NCBI GenBank assembly: GCA_019454415.1
Contig: JACFOI010000007.1
Coordinates: 1 to 46,163, forward strand
Source of the DNA: Patescibacteria group bacterium
Lineage (GTDB): Bacteria > Patescibacteriota > Microgenomatia > UBA1400 > PJMF01
Direction of reading: 5' to 3'
Length of the DNA: 46,163 nucleotides
Shown here: positions 1 through 8,487 of the stretch, in pieces
Numbering within the stretch: position 1 is the stretch's first letter
Layout: each line of letters begins with the position of its first letter
The notes under the pieces: model-generated
Told to the model about the DNA's origin: nothing
Databases searched by the model: none
The model's input: only the letters and a program-made list of their open reading frames with translations
Made by a program: the position numbers and the translations under genes

Positions 1-1932
1 TTGGCGCAGCTCGGTGACAGTACTGTCCGCGATCTGTGTCTCGAGATCCTGGTAGCTAATTCTAAAGCTGACATTCTGCTGGTACTGGTCGACAAACTCA
101 ACGGAAGCAATCAACGGCGAAACGCTCCGAATCGTTTCCAAAATGTTACCCACGTTAGTTTCCTCGGGGACAGTGAAGGTCATGTCTTCAATCACCGCGC
201 TGGTTTTGGCAAGTGGCCGGTAGTGAGGATAGCCGTGACTGACTTCAATCAGCTTTGCTACTGGAATATCGACGCTCACCATTTTATTTGGTAGCAGCGT
301 CAGCTCACCGAACACCACTTGTTCTTTGGTTGGCCCATCGACCAACAGGTGTGCTGTATTATTTCCTTCCTGCTTATAGCTCAGGCCGGTCACGTACAGT
401 GTTCGCAGCAAGACTTCCAGATCACCTTTGACACGGCGCAGCGGCCGACGGGAGACCATGGTCAGATGAAGTGCCTCAACGGGTAGCTGTTTCTCTACCG
501 GCGTATACGTATTCGCTAGCTCAAAAACGCCCAGATTCGGGTACTGAGTGTTCTGTTCCAGAATCTCAATGAGCGACGGAACCAACGAACGGCGTAAGTA
601 GACACGGTCATCCGTTAGCGGATTCTGCAGTTGCAGATGTTCTTCGAGGGTGTATCCCGACTGTCGGGCAATTTCGGCACTGACCATGGAGTAGGTGTAA
701 ACCTCTTGCCAGCCTATCGCAGCCAGGAAGTGCTTGATCCGATTTTCCAGGTCAAAGTTGGTGTGCTTTGGCTTGTCCAACGGAATCGGCGTAGACATCA
801 AGACACTTGGCAAGTTGTGATAGCCATAGATGCGGGCAATCTCTTCGATCACATCTGCCGGAATCCGAATGTCGGGGCGGAAAGTGGGCGGCTGAACAGT
901 GAACGTTCCTTTTTTCAAGCTGACGACGCAGCCCAACTCTTCCAGGATGGTGGCGATCTTGTTAACTGGCAGCTCGATGCCTAAGTAGTCAGTGATCCGC
1001 TCCAAGCTGACTTCCACTGTGGGCTGCGGCCGCTTTCCAGGGAACTGGTCAAAGACGGGGCTGGCCACGGTGGCTTTACACAAGACTTGGAACAGCTTGG
1101 TCCCCTCTTCCAGGACTGGTAGGGCTAGATGGGGATCCACATTTTTTTCGTTCAGCTGCGCGGCCACAGTCCGAATTGCATGACTCATAGAGCCAAACCG
1201 GATCTTCTCCGCGACCACGTCCTCGATCCAAAATAGAACATTTTTAGTGTCTGCTTGAATTGCAGTGTTGGCGGTTCCTTTGATGCCCGGCAAGTCGATG
1301 ATCACACCTTGATCGTTCTCAAAAACCAGTTCACCACCGACTGTGGTGTACTCGACCCCGTCGAGAGTCGTAAAAGGCTTACCCGCTTCCGCCTCTTTGA
1401 CAATGATAGTGCCGCCCAGCTCCATGACTTTGTCATAGTCGAAAGCATGACAAGGATGACCAAGTTCGTGAGTAATGTAGTTGGTAATATCAATCACTGC
1501 GTCGTGAACGTTGATCTCCACCTGGCGCAGTCGCTTGGCCATCCACTTGGGAGTTTCTGCTCGTTCGACGGCGGCCAGTGCCACACAAACAACCCGGTGA
1601 CAGAGCTTGGGGTCGTTGATGATAGTAGGCAGCTTGAGCTTTTTTGGCGCAGTTTTGGCATTGAACTTGATCGGGGCTGGCTCGAATGGTTTGAGGGCTG
1701 CTTTGATGCCGAACTGGTTGAGGATGACTGCTGCCTCGCGCGCAATGCCGCGCACTGACATCGAATCGACGCGATTGGTAGTCACTTCAATGTCGTAGAC
1801 TGGTTCACCCTCGCGCTCATAAATGCGTTCCACTGAGGGCCCACACAGCGATAGGTACTTTTGTATTTCAGTTGGGCTGGCCTCGGTCTCGAGGTGCTCG
1901 AGCAGCCAGTTGTGAGGGATTAAGATATTCAT
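1..1932 (-). CDS. pheT: Phenylalanyl-tRNA synthetase beta subunit (3' end runs off window)
   Basis: Not in the ORF track; I translated both ends by hand. ATG at 1932 gives MNILIPHNWLLEHL...YDIEVTTNRVDSMSVRGIARE (PheT 'NR.D..S..GIARE' motif). The same frame at base 1 reads ...VEFVDQYQQNVSFRISYQD (anticodon-binding domain). Lies downstream of pheS. Confidence 0.95.
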   Translation of the reverse strand, partial: MNILIPHNWLLEHLETEASPTEIQKYLSLCGPSVERIYEREGEPVYDIEVTTNRVDSMSVRGIAREAAVILNQFGIKAALKPFEPAPIKFNAKTAPKKLKLPTIINDPKLCHRVVCVALAAVERAETPKWMAKRLRQVEINVHDAVIDITNYITHELGHPCHAFDYDKVMELGGTIIVKEAEAGKPFTTLDGVEYTTVGGELVFENDQGVIIDLPGIKGTANTAIQADTKNVLFWIEDVVAEKIRFGSMSHAIRTVAAQLNEKNVDPHLALPVLEEGTKLFQVLCKATVASPVFDQFPGKRPQPTVEVSLERITDYLGIELPVNKIATILEELGCVVSLKKGTFTVQPPTFRPDIRIPADVIEEIARIYGYHNLPSVLMSTPIPLDKPKHTNFDLENRIKHFLAAIGWQEVYTYSMVSAEIARQSGYTLEEHLQLQNPLTDDRVYLRRSLVPSLIEILEQNTQYPNLGVFELANTYTPVEKQLPVEALHLTMVSRRPLRRVKGDLEVLLRTLYVTGLSYKQEGNNTAHLLVDGPTKEQVVFGELTLLPNKMVSVDIPVAKLIEVSHGYPHYRPLAKTSAVIEDMTFTVPEETNVGNILETIRSVSPLIASVEFVDQYQQNVSFRISYQDLETQIADSTVTELRQ

Positions 1933-2447
1933 TATTCTCCTTGTTCGTCTGCGAACTGATCTAAGAAAGTCGTCACTTCGTAAAACTGCTGTTGGTCTGG
2001 GGCCTGCTCGTGCTCAGTGCGGTAGCGTTTGCCAGTTAAGAGCTCGCGAACGTGTTGGCGCGAAACAAGAGCTGGCGTGTTTTCTTTGCGGATACGACCG
2101 GTGACGTGTAGGACGCCTTTACTCTCCAAGTCTTTTGCCATCAACGCAAACAGCTTTTTGGCCAGGTCTTTGCCTCGATACGGTGGCTCGACTTCCTTAT
2201 TAACCACAGTTGCAATCGGGGGCTTAACGCTCTTATCGATTTTGTAGCTGAGGACGGCTGCTTCTCTCCCCTGCGGGTCTCTGGCAACCAATAAGTATGA
2301 CTCGATGCCGGCAAACTCACTGACTTTCTCCCAGCTGACCGACAAAGTTTCTGGTCCAGCTAAGGTCCGAATCTCAATGGTGGCACGACCGTCTCGCAAC
2401 TGATCTGCCAGCTGTGTTGAGAGTTGCTGATACTCGTTTTCTGGCAT
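1932..2447 (-). CDS. GNAT-family N-acetyltransferase
   Basis: Acetyl-CoA motif A-like VEPPYRGKDLAKKL and downstream ENTPAL. The stop overlaps the pheT ATG (TAATG); the start is 1 nt after the pheS stop. Confidence 0.75.
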   Translation of the reverse strand: MPENEYQQLSTQLADQLRDGRATIEIRTLAGPETLSVSWEKVSEFAGIESYLLVARDPQGREAAVLSYKIDKSVKPPIATVVNKEVEPPYRGKDLAKKLFALMAKDLESKGVLHVTGRIRKENTPALVSRQHVRELLTGKRYRTEHEQAPDQQQFYEVTTFLDQFADEQGE

Positions 2448-2448
2448 A

Positions 2449-3534
2449 CTAGAACTGCTCCAAGAATCTCATTTCACCACTATAGAAGAGACGAATATCA
2501 TCGATGTTGAGGCCCGGTTTGAGGGTGTAGGTTCGCTCTACTCCCCAGCCAAAAGCGAAGCCGGTGTACTCATCGGGATCGATTCCGCCGGCTTTCAAAA
2601 CATTCGGATGAACCATGCCCGCGCCGCCAACCTCGTGCCAGCCGGATTTGCAGAACTTGCACTTCACTTTGGCGGGTTTGCCGGTCTCGTCTTTACCGTC
2701 CACCAAGCCAGTGCCATGACAGATGTGGCAGCTGAAGTCGACCTCAAACGACGGTTCGGTAAACTGAAAGTGAAAAGGCCGGATCCGACTCTTGGTGCCA
2801 GGCCCGTAGAACTCCTGGGCAAAGTAGTCCAGGGTGCCTTTTAGATTTTGAATTGTGATGCCTTTGTCGACTACCAGGCCTTCAAACTGATGGAACATCT
2901 GGGTGTGAGTGGCATCCTGTTGGCGGCGATAGCAACGGCCGATGTTAATCATCCGAATTGGTGGTTGGGAGTTCAAGCGTTCCATCTCGCGAACTTGGCC
3001 GTTGGAAGTGTGAGTCGTCAGGACGACCTTGCCGAACTTTTTGTCGATGGGTGCGTCAACGAAGAACGTCTCCCACTCGTCCCGAGCCGGGTGATTGGGT
3101 GGCATGTTAAGCGCTTCAAAGACATAGTGATCCCAGTCAATTTCTTGGTAGCGAACGCGGGTAAAGCCGATCCGCTCAAAAATCCGAGTTACCTCCTCCA
3201 TCGCTTGTGAGACAGGATGGATGTGGCCGAGCTTGGGCGGCTGCCCAGGGATGGTCATGTCGGTCCACTCAGGCGCCAGATCTTGTTCAAGGGTGAGCTT
3301 ATTGATCTGTTTTTCGAGTGATTCTTTGAGCTCGTTCAAGATCTGCCCTGCTTCTTTGCGATCGTCAGGGGCAACCAGGCGGATATCTTTAGCAAGTTCA
3401 TTGAACTTGCCTTTTTTACCGAGATACTTGGTAGTTAGCTCTGCTGGCGGGGCTTGGTCGAGCGACAGCTCTGCACGAATATCCTCTGCCTTACGACGGA
3501 GGGCGGTGAGGGTGATGGTGATCTGTTCTGGCAT
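2449..3534 (-). CDS. pheS: Phenylalanyl-tRNA synthetase alpha subunit
   Basis: HPARD, THTS, DATHTQMFHQFEG, FQFTEPS, GMVHPNVL and GFAFGWGVER motifs; CxxC...CxxC insertion. Confidence 0.98.
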   Translation of the reverse strand: MPEQITITLTALRRKAEDIRAELSLDQAPPAELTTKYLGKKGKFNELAKDIRLVAPDDRKEAGQILNELKESLEKQINKLTLEQDLAPEWTDMTIPGQPPKLGHIHPVSQAMEEVTRIFERIGFTRVRYQEIDWDHYVFEALNMPPNHPARDEWETFFVDAPIDKKFGKVVLTTHTSNGQVREMERLNSQPPIRMINIGRCYRRQQDATHTQMFHQFEGLVVDKGITIQNLKGTLDYFAQEFYGPGTKSRIRPFHFQFTEPSFEVDFSCHICHGTGLVDGKDETGKPAKVKCKFCKSGWHEVGGAGMVHPNVLKAGGIDPDEYTGFAFGWGVERTYTLKPGLNIDDIRLFYSGEMRFLEQF

Positions 3535-3545
3535 ACAGTTCCTTG

Positions 3546-3551
3546 ATTATA
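3546..3551 (-). promoter_or_regulatory. -10 box (TATAAT) for pheS
   Basis: Consensus TATAAT 11 nt upstream of the pheS ATG, just past the rplT terminator. Confidence 0.6.
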
Positions 3552-3565
3552 GTGTCTTTTCAACG

Positions 3566-3590
3566 AAAAACCCCGCGGGTGCGGGGTTTT
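3566..3590 (-). terminator. Intrinsic terminator after rplT (possibly bidirectional)
   Basis: AAAACCCCGC-ACCC-GCGGGGTTTTT on the minus strand: GC stem with A/T tracts on both sides. Confidence 0.85.
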
Positions 3591-3625
3591 GAACTTTCTG
3601 TTTTGGTTTTTTGGACGCGCTTCGA

Positions 3626-3976
3626 TTACCCCCGCACTTTTTCGACGATGGTTTTAAACGAAGCAAAGTCTGTGGCAGCAATGTCGGCCAGGATCTTGCG
3701 GTCGAGGGCGATATTAGCTTTCTTGAGCATTGGCACAAAGCGGGAGTAGCTGACGCCGCCGACCTGTTTCAAGGCTGCAGAGATGCGCAGGATCCAGAGG
3801 GATCGCATGTCGCGTTTGCGCAGCTTGCGGCCGATGTAGGCGTATTGACCTGCGTGCAGGTCAGCTTCTTTGGCACGTTTGTAGAGGCGGGTGTTGGCGC
3901 CACGGAAGCTCTTGGTGCGAGCCAGGACTTTCTTGTGGCGACGATGGCGGACGGTACCGGTTTTTGTTCTTGGCAT
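3626..3976 (-). CDS. rplT: 50S ribosomal protein L20
   Basis: MPRTK...YAYIGRKLRKRDMRSLWILRISAA...LDRKILADIA; infC-rpmI-rplT order. Confidence 0.98.
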   Translation of the reverse strand: MPRTKTGTVRHRRHKKVLARTKSFRGANTRLYKRAKEADLHAGQYAYIGRKLRKRDMRSLWILRISAALKQVGGVSYSRFVPMLKKANIALDRKILADIAATDFASFKTIVEKVRG

Positions 3977-4004
3977 GATTCCTCTTTTTTCTCTTTTGCT
4001 GCGC

Positions 4005-4208
4005 TTATCTCAAACCAAGCATGTGCTTGATTCGGCGTGCCCATTTGCCGGTCACCTCGATTGGTTTACGGCTGTGGCGGATCGCTTTTTTACTTTTCTT
4101 ACGGCGTAAGTGGCGCATGTTTTGAGCACGGCGCAGGACTTTGCCGGTGCCGGTGATCTTGAAACGCTTAACTGCGCCTTTGCGTGTTTTTCGTTTGTAC
4201 TTCTGCAT
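4005..4208 (-). CDS. rpmI: 50S ribosomal protein L35
   Basis: KTRKGAVKRFKITGTGKV motif; position between infC and rplT. Confidence 0.97.
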   Translation of the reverse strand: MQKYKRKTRKGAVKRFKITGTGKVLRRAQNMRHLRRKKSKKAIRHSRKPIEVTGKWARRIKHMLGLR

Positions 4209-4228
4209 ACTGCCTCACTAACGATTTC

Positions 4229-4777
4229 TTACTTTTTCTTAATTGGCATCAACTGAGCCATCATCTTCTTGCCCAGCATTCTTGGTTGTATCTCGACAGT
4301 GGCAATGTCGGCAGTCTCGGCAAAAACACGGTCAAAGTGTTCGCGGCCGAACTCCTGCTTGGTAATCGCTCTACCCCGGAACTCCAGAGTTAAGCGCACC
4401 TTGTCACCTTTTTTTAAGAACTCGACGACGCGTTTGAGTCGAGTCTGGAAGTCACCTTCCCCGATAAACGGAGTGAAGCGGACTTCTTTGATATCTTGTG
4501 CCTTTGATTTCTTGCGGCCTTCAGCCATTTTTTGCTGAAGTTGATATCGGTACTTGGCCAGATCAATGATCTTGGCAATGGGTGGATTGGCAGTTTCAGT
4601 CACCAGCACCAGATCCTTCCCTTCGGTACGTGCGCGCTCCAATGCTTCTTGAGTAGACATGACCCCAATCATCTCGCCGATGTCGGTGAGGACCCGTAGC
4701 TCTGGAACCCGGATGTTGAAGTTGGCGGTAATCCGGAACTGCGGCTGAGGCCGTTGAAACGGTTTTTTTCTAATCAT
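4229..4777 (-). CDS. infC: Translation initiation factor IF-3
   Basis: NFNIRVPELRV, DLVLV..ANPPIAKIIDLAKYRY, KEVRF, FLKKGDKVRLTLEFRGR. Start placed at ATG 4777 because the ORF-track start at 4843 lies upstream of the TGgCATAAT promoter box. Confidence 0.95.
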   Translation of the reverse strand: MIRKKPFQRPQPQFRITANFNIRVPELRVLTDIGEMIGVMSTQEALERARTEGKDLVLVTETANPPIAKIIDLAKYRYQLQQKMAEGRKKSKAQDIKEVRFTPFIGEGDFQTRLKRVVEFLKKGDKVRLTLEFRGRAITKQEFGREHFDRVFAETADIATVEIQPRMLGKKMMAQLMPIKKK

Positions 4778-4959
4778 GAAATCGTTTTTTCGTCTGCTCC
4801 TGTTGGATGGCTTACGTAACGACCTTGTATTATGCCATAGCACCCTCGAGATTGCTAGGGGGAGGTCAAAAAAGATCTTGCTCCACCTCCCCTGACTTTG
4901 CTATAACTAATTCGCTGAAGAATCAGCGTAAAACGTGCTTGAAATTGCAAAGGAAGCCT

Positions 4960-5262
4960 ATGCCTGCCAAAGCCAAGAAGGCCACCCCCAGAAAAACTGC
5001 CTCAAGCGCCGCTTCTCGTCGAGTAGCTGCCCGCTCTGTCCGAGCTCCCCGCCCGGCTAGACCCATCGCCAAGATCCCACGCCCTCACCGGGAAGAGAGT
5101 ATCTGGACCAAACAGTACTTTTTGGAGCCTCAGATCGAGTTTTTCAGAAGACATACCAATGCCCAAGTTCTGCTGGCACTCTTTATCGGTGCTGCGCTCT
5201 TCTACTTCTTCATCGTCTGGTCAAACAGAGTGGAGATCTTCCCGGAACTTTTCTCCTGGTAA
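4960..5262 (+). CDS. Small membrane protein with K/R/A/P-rich N-terminus and one TM helix
   Basis: ATG 4960 preceded by AAAGGA; MPAKAKKATPRK...; hydrophobic stretch VLLALFIGAALFYFFIVW. Confidence 0.75.
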   Translation: MPAKAKKATPRKTASSAASRRVAARSVRAPRPARPIAKIPRPHREESIWTKQYFLEPQIEFFRRHTNAQVLLALFIGAALFYFFIVWSNRVEIFPELFSW

Positions 5263-5301
5263 ACCAGGGTTTCCGGCGTTAAAAAGTACGACTCGTTTTC
5301 T

Positions 5302-6165
5302 TTAGAGAATAACGCTGTCTTCCTCAATGCTGCTGCCGTTTTGCAGGATAAAGACGTCCGTGTTGTAGCTGTTAACGCCCACGAACTCAGCTTCCCCACG
5401 CTGGATTTTCAGGTACGGTTCACAAGCGGAGCAGCTCTCCCCACCCGGACACTTGTAACGTTCGAGCTTGCGGGCCAGTTTGACTTGTTTGGCCAGCTCC
5501 AGCACTCGCTGGCGGGAGACTTCTAGATCAGGGAGTGTCTTTTCCGTCAGCTCATCCGAGTACTGCAGGTACCAATAGCAGGCATGTGCGACTTGACGTT
5601 TTTGGCAGTTGGCGACCAACAGTCGGTAAATCGGGAGCTGGAGGGAGTCATCTTTTTCTTCGTTTTTACCGGTTTTGAAGTCAATGATATTAACCATGTC
5701 TGTATCTGGCAAATACTCCAGCCAGTCGACCTTACCGCAGAGAATAATCTGGTCCTCCTCACTTAGCCAAAAATGCGGCAAGTCCATGTTAATCTTGACG
5801 GCCAGGTTTTTGAGGGGGCCTGGATGCTGTTCTACGCGCCGAATCATCTCTTCAGCTCTGGCACGATATCGGGCTTCCTGTTCGGGACTGGAAAACCCAC
5901 CCTTTTTTCCCGAGACTTTTTCCCAAGCAGTAGCCAGCTTCATCAACAGCGGTTGCCGGAAGCGTTGGTCTGTCGGTAGAGTTGAGAGTGACTCCACCAC
6001 GTCATGAACAGCTTGACCCAGAGCCAACGGCGGCGTCATCAAGGTCATCTTGTGCCCGGTTTCTGGACGTTTATAGACATTCTTGAGGTAATAAAGCTGC
6101 GGACAGGCTAGAAAATCGCACAGCGAAGAATGCGAAACCCAGACAGCAGAGTACTTATCAGGCAT
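5302..6165 (-). CDS. PD-(D/E)XK nuclease, RecB/AddB/Cas4-like, probable Fe-S staple
   Basis: SHS....F..CP..YY, G..VH, GKVD...IIDFKTG, QLPIY, and C-terminal C-x5-C-x2-C. Confidence 0.85.
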   Translation of the reverse strand: MPDKYSAVWVSHSSLCDFLACPQLYYLKNVYKRPETGHKMTLMTPPLALGQAVHDVVESLSTLPTDQRFRQPLLMKLATAWEKVSGKKGGFSSPEQEARYRARAEEMIRRVEQHPGPLKNLAVKINMDLPHFWLSEEDQIILCGKVDWLEYLPDTDMVNIIDFKTGKNEEKDDSLQLPIYRLLVANCQKRQVAHACYWYLQYSDELTEKTLPDLEVSRQRVLELAKQVKLARKLERYKCPGGESCSACEPYLKIQRGEAEFVGVNSYNTDVFILQNGSSIEEDSVIL

Positions 6166-6185
6166 AAAACGTCGTCTTTCCTGGT

Positions 6186-8009
6186 TTAGAGTGCTTTATC
6201 CTCGATCTCTTGGCCTAGTTTTTCGATGAAGTTTTGAAGCTGTAGGAGGCCGAGATCTTGGTTGCCGCGATGGCGGACACTAAGCATCTTATCCTCGACT
6301 TCTTGTTTGCCCAGAATAATCATGTATGGCACTTTCTCCTTCTCCGCCCGACGGATCCGTTTCTGCATACTCTCAGCCTCATTCCAGTTCTCTACCCGGA
6401 TTTTGGCCTGACGCAGCGCAGTGGAGACTTCCGCAGCATACTGATGCTGGTCTTCTGAGATCGGAATGACCACAGCTTGCACAGGCGCCAGCCACAACGG
6501 GAAGGCTCCCCCAAACTTCTCGATTAAGAACGCCATGGTCCGCTCAACTGCCCCAATCGAAGATCGGTGAACCACAATCGGCTCTTCTTCTTTACCTTCC
6601 TCATTGATGTAGCTGAGCTGGAAGCGTTTGGGCATCACAAAGTCATACTGGACGGTGAAGGCAGTCTCTTCTTTGCCATGCACGTTCTTCATCTGGACGT
6701 CAATCTTGGGTCCATAGAAGGCTGCTTCATCTTCAGCTTCAAAGTACATTGAACCACGTTGCTGTAACACTTGTCGTAGCACATTCTCCGCAAAGTCCCA
6801 GGCAGCGTCGTCTTTGTAGTACTTTTTGTCGTCCTGGCGATTGCCGAGTGACAGTCGGAAACGGTAGTCTTCACCGGGCTGGAGACCCCACAGCTTTAAA
6901 ACGTACTCGATCAGATCAATCACGCCGTTAATTTCCTCGACTGCTTGGCTCTTGCGGGCGATGATGTGGGCATCTGCCAAACAAAACGTCCGGACGCGCA
7001 TCAGACCAGTCAGCTCGCCGGACTTCTCATAGCGATACAGCTGGGCCAGCTCGGCTAAGCGCATCGGCAGCTCTTTATAGCTGCGCGGCTGTGATTTGTA
7101 GATCTCAAAATGATGTGGACATGTCATCGGCCGGAGCATGAACTCCTCGTCGTCAATCGTGATCGGCGCGTACATGGTGTCTTTGTAGTACGGGTAGTGT
7201 CCGGAAGTACGGTAGAGATCGAGCAAGGCGATGTCAGGGGTGTTGACGTGCAGATAGCCGCGGGCCAACTCTTCATCTACCACAAAGCGCTCGAGCTCAC
7301 GGCGGACTGTGGCGCCTTTGGGCGTCCAGAGCGGCAATCCCTTGCCCACCAAGTCAGAGAAGGTAAACAGCCCGAGTTCTGCACCTAGTTTGCGGTGATC
7401 ATTCTGACGTGCCTTTTCCAGTTGTGCCAGATAAGCATCGAGCTCTTCTTGAGAATTGAATGCTGTCCCATAGATCCGCGTCAGCATCTTATTTTTCTCG
7501 TCCCCATGCCAGTAGGCACCGGCGACCGAGAGCAGCTTGAATGCTTTGATGGCGCCGGTAGAGTCGGCGTGAGGTCCACCACAGAGGTCGACCATCGAAC
7601 CTTTCTCTCCGGGCTGACCCGTCCAGTAGATCGTGACTTTCTCACCGCGTTGCTCGATTTCGTCGACCCACTCGAGCTTGTACGGATTATTGGCAAATAG
7701 TTTCCGTGCTTCGTCTACAGAAACTTCCTGTCGGATCATTGGCAAGTTGCGGTTGATGATCTCCCGCATGCGCTTTTCAATCTTGGGAAAGTTTGCTTCA
7801 GAAATAACTACTTTGACTTCAGGAGAAGGGGTGCTGTCAAAGTCACAGTAAAAGCCGTCTTCGGTAGCCGGACCCATGGCAAGCTGGATTTCAGGATACA
7901 GCTCCTTGATGGCCTGGTGCAGAACGTGCTCGGTAGTATGCCGCAGTGCCCAAAGCTGCTGTTCGTCGACTGACTTATGGCTGAGCGCCTCGTCAAGTTT
8001 TTGTGACAT
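6186..8009 (-). CDS. thrS: Threonyl-tRNA synthetase (no N-terminal TGS domain)
   Basis: RHTTEH, DLCGGPH, GAYWHGDEKNKMLTRIYG, DHRKLG, LRPMTCPHH, YRYEKSGEL.GLMRVR, AFYGPKID, FPLWLAPVQ. Confidence 0.99.
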   Translation of the reverse strand: MSQKLDEALSHKSVDEQQLWALRHTTEHVLHQAIKELYPEIQLAMGPATEDGFYCDFDSTPSPEVKVVISEANFPKIEKRMREIINRNLPMIRQEVSVDEARKLFANNPYKLEWVDEIEQRGEKVTIYWTGQPGEKGSMVDLCGGPHADSTGAIKAFKLLSVAGAYWHGDEKNKMLTRIYGTAFNSQEELDAYLAQLEKARQNDHRKLGAELGLFTFSDLVGKGLPLWTPKGATVRRELERFVVDEELARGYLHVNTPDIALLDLYRTSGHYPYYKDTMYAPITIDDEEFMLRPMTCPHHFEIYKSQPRSYKELPMRLAELAQLYRYEKSGELTGLMRVRTFCLADAHIIARKSQAVEEINGVIDLIEYVLKLWGLQPGEDYRFRLSLGNRQDDKKYYKDDAAWDFAENVLRQVLQQRGSMYFEAEDEAAFYGPKIDVQMKNVHGKEETAFTVQYDFVMPKRFQLSYINEEGKEEEPIVVHRSSIGAVERTMAFLIEKFGGAFPLWLAPVQAVVIPISEDQHQYAAEVSTALRQAKIRVENWNEAESMQKRIRRAEKEKVPYMIILGKQEVEDKMLSVRHRGNQDLGLLQLQNFIEKLGQEIEDKAL

Positions 8010-8034
8010 ACGTTCCTTCCTGCCTCTTGCAGTT

Positions 8035-8337
8035 CTATTGTACTTGATTTCTTCCTATTCCTAACACCTGGCCGATTGTTTCCACTTTATGCCGGACTTC
8101 CTCAGCATAGTCACTATTTAGTGCCATGACTGCCTGAATGTGAGCCCACATCATCAAGCGGGTTGGCTCAGTAAGGCGAGCAATTTGGCGCTGAGCATCT
8201 TCAGCAGAGACGCCAAGCTCTTGGATACTCTCAACATAGACGCCTTTAGATAAAAGGAAAAGTTGGTACAACAGCCACTTGGCTTGGAGGCGCTCTTTGT
8301 CTTTGGATAGTACTGGTTTAGCCACTTCAACTGACAT
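8035..8337 (-). CDS. Hypothetical protein (100 aa), first gene after the Thr attenuator
   Basis: ATG with a purine-rich upstream (GAAGAGAG); fills the gap between the terminator and thrS; no recognisable motif. Confidence 0.7.
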   Translation of the reverse strand: MSVEVAKPVLSKDKERLQAKWLLYQLFLLSKGVYVESIQELGVSAEDAQRQIARLTEPTRLMMWAHIQAVMALNSDYAEEVRHKVETIGQVLGIGRNQVQ

Positions 8338-8365
8338 ACTCTCTTCACTGCATCGTTTTGCCCAT

Positions 8366-8389
8366 AAAAAACCCCTCTAGAGAGGGGTT
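8366..8389 (-). terminator. Attenuator terminator (segments 3:4)
   Basis: AACCCCTC-TCTA-GAGGGG-TTTTTT on the minus strand, upstream of the thrS operon. Confidence 0.9.
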
Positions 8390-8413
8390 ACGATGCGCAG
8401 GTTTTTGCTTACA

Positions 8414-8479
8414 TCAAACCCCACTCCATTCAGTGGTGGTAACGGTTTGAATAGGACAAAGCATATGGTTGGTAAACAC
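8414..8479 (-). CDS. Thr-rich leader peptide, (MFTNH)MLCPIQTVTTTEWSGV*
   Basis: ATG 8464 or in-frame GTG 8479 to TGA 8414-8416; codons ACC GTT ACC ACC ACT; overlaps the attenuator hairpins. Too short for the ORF track. Confidence 0.85.
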   Translation of the reverse strand: MFTNHMLCPIQTVTTTEWSGV

Positions 8480-8487
8480 GAGGACAG

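Noticed and set aside
1-1798. Several plus-strand ORFs (1-294, 631-984, 1255-1758 and others)
   Set aside because: Antisense shadows of pheT, which the ORF track missed because it lacks a stop in the window.
3535-3625. Possible pheM-like Phe attenuator before pheS
   Set aside because: No Phe-rich uORF or antiterminator; the hairpin fits a plain rplT terminator followed by a separate TATAAT.
5302-6165. CRISPR-Cas locus suggested by the Cas4-like gene
   Set aside because: No repeat-spacer array or other cas genes seen in the window.
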